A DNA stretch of 64,000 bases from a bacterium UBP13_UBA5359 (GTDB taxonomy: Bacteria; UBP13; UBA5359). The notes under the pieces are model-generated. The model was not told the origin of the DNA and did no database searches. It saw nothing but the letters and a program-made list of their open reading frames with translations. The stretch covers positions 76,995 through 140,994 of the forward strand of contig DHPR01000013.1 in assembly GCA_002410925.1 (NCBI GenBank), read 5' to 3'. This document shows positions 58,718 to 64,000 of the stretch, piece by piece; the stretch's first letter is position 1, and each line of letters opens with the position of its first letter. The position numbers were made by a program, and so were the translations under genes.

Positions 58718-59611
58718 ATGAGGAGCAAAGCAATTATCATAGGAAGCATATTGTTGTTGCTTGCAGCATTGCCGGCAGCGGCAAACAATTGCGCTACCAG
58801 TGGAGTAAACCCCAATTCATCAGCGCCTGTCTCCAATACCATAGGTATGCCGTTTGCTAATGCTAACGGGCAAACACTTGTTATTAATCCTCAAATTTTT
58901 GTTCCTGCTGTATTTATGCAGGGCCTTAGCAAATGGCAGTTGGCTTCAACGGTGCCCATGGCTCCTAGAGCTGTAGTTATTCCCGGCGGCTATGCAGCCG
59001 ATAATATCAGCACTCCCAATGCACAGGCAGCTTTTGCTGGCACCTATTATGTGACCGGTGTTCTGCATACTCAGCCGGGTGCGGGAGATCTTGACGGTAC
59101 GCTGGCAGCAGGTATGGGATTTGGGCCTGCAAGCAACGCTGTCGAAATTGGAGCTACCATTGCAGATGTATCTGATATAGGTGATGTTTTGTTCAATGCC
59201 AAGTTTCATTTCTTCAATGAAACCGAAAGCGCTCCCGGTTTGGCCGTAGGCGTAGAGAACATCTTTGGTGCTTCTCCGGCACAGGAAGAGACCAGCGCTT
59301 ATCTGGTGGCTTCTAAGAGCTACTGGGACATGGAGAGGATAAATGCCGAGCGCCTGGCCTTTGCCAAGACAGCCGTATCGGTAGGATACGGTAGCGGGCG
59401 CTATGGCAACAGCCCGTTTGCTGCCGTATCCACCAGTTTGTCCGGCGAGACCAAGGCCATAGGAGAATATATAGACAAAGGCTTCAACGTAGGCTTCTCC
59501 TGGGCTGCCAATAAACCCGGCAACCTTGTGGTAGTGGCCGGTTGGCAGGACATATTTGGGGATAGCAGCCTGACCCTGGGCATAGGCATGGGCTTCTACA
59601 GGTTTAGGTAA
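58718..59611 (+). CDS. Putative outer-membrane beta-barrel protein (YjbH-like)
   Basis: Signal peptide, ISTPNA, NAKF, P.LAVGVENI, AYLVASK, amphipathic strands, aromatic C-terminus. Confidence 0.6.
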   Translation: MRSKAIIIGSILLLLAALPAAANNCATSGVNPNSSAPVSNTIGMPFANANGQTLVINPQIFVPAVFMQGLSKWQLASTVPMAPRAVVIPGGYAADNISTPNAQAAFAGTYYVTGVLHTQPGAGDLDGTLAAGMGFGPASNAVEIGATIADVSDIGDVLFNAKFHFFNETESAPGLAVGVENIFGASPAQEETSAYLVASKSYWDMERINAERLAFAKTAVSVGYGSGRYGNSPFAAVSTSLSGETKAIGEYIDKGFNVGFSWAANKPGNLVVVAGWQDIFGDSSLTLGIGMGFYRFR

Positions 59612-59649
59612 GCGCAGATTGCGCGGATAATAGAATATGCAGTGATCCT

Positions 59650-59688
59650 CCTCCCTCGCAGCAGCGGATAGGGCTGCTGCGAGGGAGG
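59650..59688 (+). terminator. GC-rich hairpin after barrel gene
   Basis: 16-bp perfect IR CCTCCCTCGCAGCAGC / GCTGCTGCGAGGGAGG; no clear U tract. Confidence 0.5.
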
Positions 59689-59759
59689 GCTGAAATTAAT
59701 ATTGATTTTGGGTTCACTGGCGAATATTTCAATTCTTCAAAGATATTGAGGACACAGTA

Positions 59760-61691
59760 TTGCCGCAATTATCCTCCGTACACCGAATATTCGGACCGCT
59801 CCTAGAGTTTAAGTATAGAACTGTCATAAAAATCGGCATTGATTTCATATTGATTTGCACGGCAGCTTTATGGTCATGGTATGTCTCCTTCAGTCAGGTA
59901 TCTGTTCCGGGAGAGCCCTTTCTTTTTATTTTAGCCATTATATGCATTAGATTTCCGATTAACATTATTTACAATTTACATAATATGTCCTGGCGTAACG
60001 TATCCAGATATGATATCACTCAGTTGTCAGCCGGTTCCATCACCGGCGGCGTTATTATCGCCCTTCTATTTCGTGCTTTCTCTGATCCCTTCTATATACA
60101 CGCTCTCATAAGGCCGTATTTACTATTTGTTACCGAATCAGCCTTTAATCTTTTGCTTCTTTCCTCTGTTAGAGTATCGGCCAGAGCCATAGCCAGCCAT
60201 AACAAGCAAGCCGGTACAAACAGACAGCGCCGAGTTATAATAGTTGGCGCCGGCTCGGCAGGAATGGCGCTTGCTTATCAGATACAGGAAACAATGGCGG
60301 GCTATAAGATAGTCGGTTTTGTAGATGACGACTTGCGGAAGAAGAATTATAGTATGCGCGGTATTCCGGTAATGGGGCAGACAGCCGAACTGGAGGATAT
60401 AGTGCATCAGACCGGGGCAGAGGAGATAATCATTGCCATTCCTTCTCTGGAGCCGGAACGCTTGCGTAAGGTAATGATCTCTTGTGAAGCCGGCCAGGTT
60501 CCAATACGTATTTTGCCCCCGCTGAAAGAATTAATCGGCGGGAAAGCAGATATTGCCGCTTTGCGAGAGGTGCGGATGGACGATCTGCTGCCGCGGGCGG
60601 AAGTTAAGCTGGATAAAGAAGCCATAACCGGCTACCTGCATGACAGAACCGTGTTGGTTACCGGCGGCGGCGGGTCAATCGGCAGTGAACTCTGCCGGCA
60701 GGCCATGGCAGCCGGTGCGGCACGGCTCCTGATACTGGGGCGTGGTGAAAACAGCATTTTTGAAATACATCAGGAGCTGGCCGAGCAGATAGACGCTTGT
60801 AATTTGGTGCCTATTATATGTGATATTCAGGATTGTTGTGCATTGGAGAATGTATTTCGCTCCTTTAAGCCCGATGTCATCTTTCACGCCGCTGCGCACA
60901 AGCATGTGCCATTGATGGAGCAATATCCTTACGAAGCTATAAAGAATAACATAATCGGCACCCGAAATATTGCCTCCCTGGCTGTAAAATATGGTGTTCA
61001 GCGTTTTGTTCTGGTATCCACAGATAAAGCTGTAAAACCGTCCAGCATAATGGGTGCTACCAAACGCATGGCAGAGAAGATAATCAAGGCACATGCCATT
61101 GCCTCCAATATAAATATGGTCAGCGTTCGTTTTGGCAATGTTCTGGGGAGCAGGGGCAGCGTAGTCAACACAATGACACGCCAGATTCACAAGCGATTGC
61201 CTGTTACTGTAACCGATCCGGAAATGGTAAGATATTTCATGACCATACCGGAGGCAGTTCAACTGATTTTGCAGGCAGGTGCCATCGGCGGCAGGGGCGA
61301 GGTCTTTGTTATGGATATGGGTCACCCCGTACGCATTATGGATATGGCCTATGACCTTATTCGCCTCTCCGGCCTGATACCGAACCAGGACATACCTATA
61401 CGTATAACCGGTCGGCGGCCGGGAGAAAAGATCAAGGAGGAGCTATTTACCGTAGCCGAGGAAAATGGTGCAATCAAAGAAGGTTATTTTTACATAGCAC
61501 CTCCTGAGGATATAGACCTGCAGGAATTATCTGCAACTTTAGATAAGCTTAAAGAGGCAGCGCAACGGCAGGATATCGGTACGATAACTGCAATACTCAA
61601 AGAGGCCATACCGACTTTTACCCGAAGCGATGTGGCCAGGGCGAGGGTGCTGGTCAATGAAGAAAGCAAAGAAGGAAGCATCAATACATGA
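59760..61691 (+). CDS. Polysaccharide biosynthesis protein CapD/PglF-like (nucleotide-sugar 4,6-dehydratase)
   Basis: N-terminal TMs, [43 protein letters not shown]. Confidence 0.93.
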   Translation: MPQLSSVHRIFGPLLEFKYRTVIKIGIDFILICTAALWSWYVSFSQVSVPGEPFLFILAIICIRFPINIIYNLHNMSWRNVSRYDITQLSAGSITGGVIIALLFRAFSDPFYIHALIRPYLLFVTESAFNLLLLSSVRVSARAIASHNKQAGTNRQRRVIIVGAGSAGMALAYQIQETMAGYKIVGFVDDDLRKKNYSMRGIPVMGQTAELEDIVHQTGAEEIIIAIPSLEPERLRKVMISCEAGQVPIRILPPLKELIGGKADIAALREVRMDDLLPRAEVKLDKEAITGYLHDRTVLVTGGGGSIGSELCRQAMAAGAARLLILGRGENSIFEIHQELAEQIDACNLVPIICDIQDCCALENVFRSFKPDVIFHAAAHKHVPLMEQYPYEAIKNNIIGTRNIASLAVKYGVQRFVLVSTDKAVKPSSIMGATKRMAEKIIKAHAIASNINMVSVRFGNVLGSRGSVVNTMTRQIHKRLPVTVTDPEMVRYFMTIPEAVQLILQAGAIGGRGEVFVMDMGHPVRIMDMAYDLIRLSGLIPNQDIPIRITGRRPGEKIKEELFTVAEENGAIKEGYFYIAPPEDIDLQELSATLDKLKEAAQRQDIGTITAILKEAIPTFTRSDVARARVLVNEESKEGSINT

Positions 61692-62721
61692 TCAAAGGGT
61701 GTTGGATTTGAAAACCGGCATAGGAAATCCGCAACCGATAAGCAATTGTCAACAACCAACGACTCTGCAAATAGCCAAAAGGATTCTTGTCACCGGCGGG
61801 GCCGGCTTTATCGGCTCTCATTTATGCGATAAGTTAATTGCCGAAGGCCATGAAGTTCTCTGCCTTGATAACTTCTATACCGGCAGGCGGAGTAATATAT
61901 TACATCTTCTTGGTAATCCTGCTTTTGAACTGGTACGTCATGATGTGATAGAGCCGCTTCGTCTGGAAGTAGATGAAATATATAATCTGGCCTGTCCGGC
62001 CTCTCCTGTGCACTACCAGCATAATCCGGTGGCAACGACCAAGACTTCTATCGTGGGCGCCCTTAATATGCTGGGCCTGGCAAAGAGGCTTAAGATAAAG
62101 ATATTGCAGGCCTCTACCTCAGAAGTATATGGTGATCCCACTGTTCATCCGCAGCCGGAGAGCTATTGGGGAAATGTTAATCCCATAGGTCCGCGCTCCT
62201 GTTATGATGAGGGCAAGCGCTGTGCGGAAACACTCTTTTTCGATTACTATCGTCAGCATAAATTGAAGATCAAAGTGGCTCGTATTTTCAATACTTACGG
62301 CCCCAGAATGAACTCTAACGACGGGCGCGTAATCAGCAACTTTATTGTACAGGCATTAAAGGGAGAGGCTATTACCGTTTATGGGGACGGCAGCCAGACC
62401 AGAAGCTTCTGCTATGTTAGCGATATGGTAGATGGCCTGATCAGCCTGATGAAGAGTCCCGATGAATTTACCGGCCCGATAAATCTTGGTAACCCGATTG
62501 AATTCACCGTGCTGAATTTAGCCAAAGAGGTAATAAGGCTCACAGGCTCAAAATCAGGTATAATATATAAACCGTTACCGCAGGACGACCCCCGCCAGAG
62601 GAAGCCCGCCATCGACCTGGCCGAGAAAAAACTGGGATGGCGACCGGCCCTCTCTCTGGAGGAAGGCTTGAAAAAAACAATAGAGTATTTCAGCCGGCAG
62701 CCGGCAGTAAAAGAGTTGTAA
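61630..62721 (+). CDS. UDP-glucuronate decarboxylase (true start probably near 61699-61708)
   Basis: [43 protein letters not shown]. Confidence 0.92.
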   Translation: MWPGRGCWSMKKAKKEASIHDQRVLDLKTGIGNPQPISNCQQPTTLQIAKRILVTGGAGFIGSHLCDKLIAEGHEVLCLDNFYTGRRSNILHLLGNPAFELVRHDVIEPLRLEVDEIYNLACPASPVHYQHNPVATTKTSIVGALNMLGLAKRLKIKILQASTSEVYGDPTVHPQPESYWGNVNPIGPRSCYDEGKRCAETLFFDYYRQHKLKIKVARIFNTYGPRMNSNDGRVISNFIVQALKGEAITVYGDGSQTRSFCYVSDMVDGLISLMKSPDEFTGPINLGNPIEFTVLNLAKEVIRLTGSKSGIIYKPLPQDDPRQRKPAIDLAEKKLGWRPALSLEEGLKKTIEYFSRQPAVKEL

Positions 62722-62722
62722 A

Positions 62723-63667
62723 GTGCAAGATATAAAAAACAGCGGCCAACAAGCAAGAACTGTGTCCGCAGGGCGCTCCCGCAAAGGGATAATCCTGGCC
62801 GGCGGCTCCGGAACCAGGCTTTATCCCATTACCATGACCGTCAGCAAGCAATTGCTTCCCATCTACGACAAGCCGATGATCTATTATCCATTGTCGACAT
62901 TGATGCTGGCAGGGATAAGGGAAATACTGATTATCTCCACTCCGCGGGATCTGCCGGCCTTCAAAGAGCTGCTGGGCGGCGGCAGCCAGTGGGGAATGAA
63001 CTTTTCATATGCCGAACAGCCCTCACCCGACGGCCTGGCACAGGCCTTCATCATTGGCAGAGAATTCATTGAGGATGCCCTTTCCGCTTTGATTCTTGGC
63101 GATAATATTTTCTATGCCAGCGATCTCACCGGCCTATTGCGGCAGGCAATGTTAAGAGAAAAGGGCGCCACCGTCTTTGCTTACAGGGTGGACAATCCTC
63201 GGGACTACGGCATAGTAGAGTTTGATAACCGGGGCAGAGCTATCGGCATAGAAGAGAAACCCGTCAGACCTAAATCCAACTATGCAGTGACCGGACTCTA
63301 CTTCTATGATAAAAAAGTGCTGGATATTGCCGCCGATATCAAGCCCTCCGCCAGAGGCGAACTGGAGATAACCGACATCAATGCAGCCTATCTGGCAGCC
63401 GGCAATTTGCATGTGGAGATGCTGGGGCGCGGCGCAGCCTGGCTGGATACCGGAACTCACGAATCCTTGATGCAGGCCGGATCCTTTGTCCAGACACTGG
63501 AACAGCGCCAGGGGCTGAAAATAGCCTGCCCTGAAGAGATAGCCTATCGCATGGGTTATATAAACCCGGAAGATCTTGAGCGCCTTGCTGCCGGCTTAGG
63601 TAAGAGCGGCTACGGCACCTATTTGCTTAACTTGCTGAAAGAAACTACCGAATATAATCGGTATTAA
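62723..63667 (+). CDS. rfbA: Glucose-1-phosphate thymidylyltransferase
   Basis: [42 protein letters not shown]. Confidence 0.96.
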   Translation: MQDIKNSGQQARTVSAGRSRKGIILAGGSGTRLYPITMTVSKQLLPIYDKPMIYYPLSTLMLAGIREILIISTPRDLPAFKELLGGGSQWGMNFSYAEQPSPDGLAQAFIIGREFIEDALSALILGDNIFYASDLTGLLRQAMLREKGATVFAYRVDNPRDYGIVEFDNRGRAIGIEEKPVRPKSNYAVTGLYFYDKKVLDIAADIKPSARGELEITDINAAYLAAGNLHVEMLGRGAAWLDTGTHESLMQAGSFVQTLEQRQGLKIACPEEIAYRMGYINPEDLERLAAGLGKSGYGTYLLNLLKETTEYNRY

Positions 63668-63870
63668 TTGTGTCGGCACAGGGCATCAGGTATAATCAAT
63701 ATATAATACGACAGATGGCAATCAACACCGCAGCTGTATGAAAAGACATTTCACAGCTACGCACAATATCTTGGAATTGGCGCGTAGTATGGATAAGCTT
63801 TTCTCACCGAACGTAACTCTGTAAAAGATATAAGATTTTTGGTAACTGTTTCATAAGGAGCGAGCCATAA

Positions 63871-64000
63871 ATGCATATTAGAACAACCGAACACGACCAG
63901 CAAAAATCTTTTGCGTCTCAAAAAAAACACACAACAACTCTGCTTACAATAACTGCTTTGATAATACTTATACTGGTAGCCTTACCAGCAATTGCCGATA
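63871..64000 (+). CDS. 5' end of a possible exported protein (truncated by window)
   Basis: AAGGAG upstream; open frame ending LLTITALIILILVALPAIAD (signal-peptide-like). Confidence 0.4.
   Translation, partial: MHIRTTEHDQQKSFASQKKHTTTLLTITALIILILVALPAIAD

Overview
Bacterial chromosomal window; the LFPVF-x-KAREK-type prepilins and a putative outer-membrane barrel suggest an Armatimonadota-like diderm, while the core gene order looks Firmicutes-like (inference). Left third (1-21.6 kb) is an accessory mosaic: two carbohydrate-utilisation loci each headed by a prepilin-type H-X9-DG (DUF1559-like) protein, an nfeD-flotillin pair, an IS110 remnant, and a K+/H+ antiporter with a candidate Na+ riboswitch. 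The module borders carry a recurring GGGGYCWGGAGTTTRYATTTA end motif. The second sugar locus (about 10 kb) is bracketed by two ~145-bp direct-repeat miniature elements that read as an internally deleted REP-associated (Y1/HUH) tyrosine transposase gene; this is the most notable observation. Middle (21.7-50.4 kb) is mostly housekeeping: lysA, cbiMQO, PEGA protein, rpmB, recG-rsmD-coaD-ackA-rpmF-plsX-fabHDG-acpP-fabF-rnc-smc-ftsY-ffh-rpsP-khpA-rimM-trmD-rplS-lepB-rnhB/yraN fusion. Right end: PilX-like and large adhesin-like proteins, BON/CBS stress genes with divergent SigB-like promoters, a repeat patch, a YjbH-like barrel and the start of a polysaccharide biosynthesis cluster. No rRNA, tRNA or CRISPR array was seen. 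All family calls are by eye; no searches were run.
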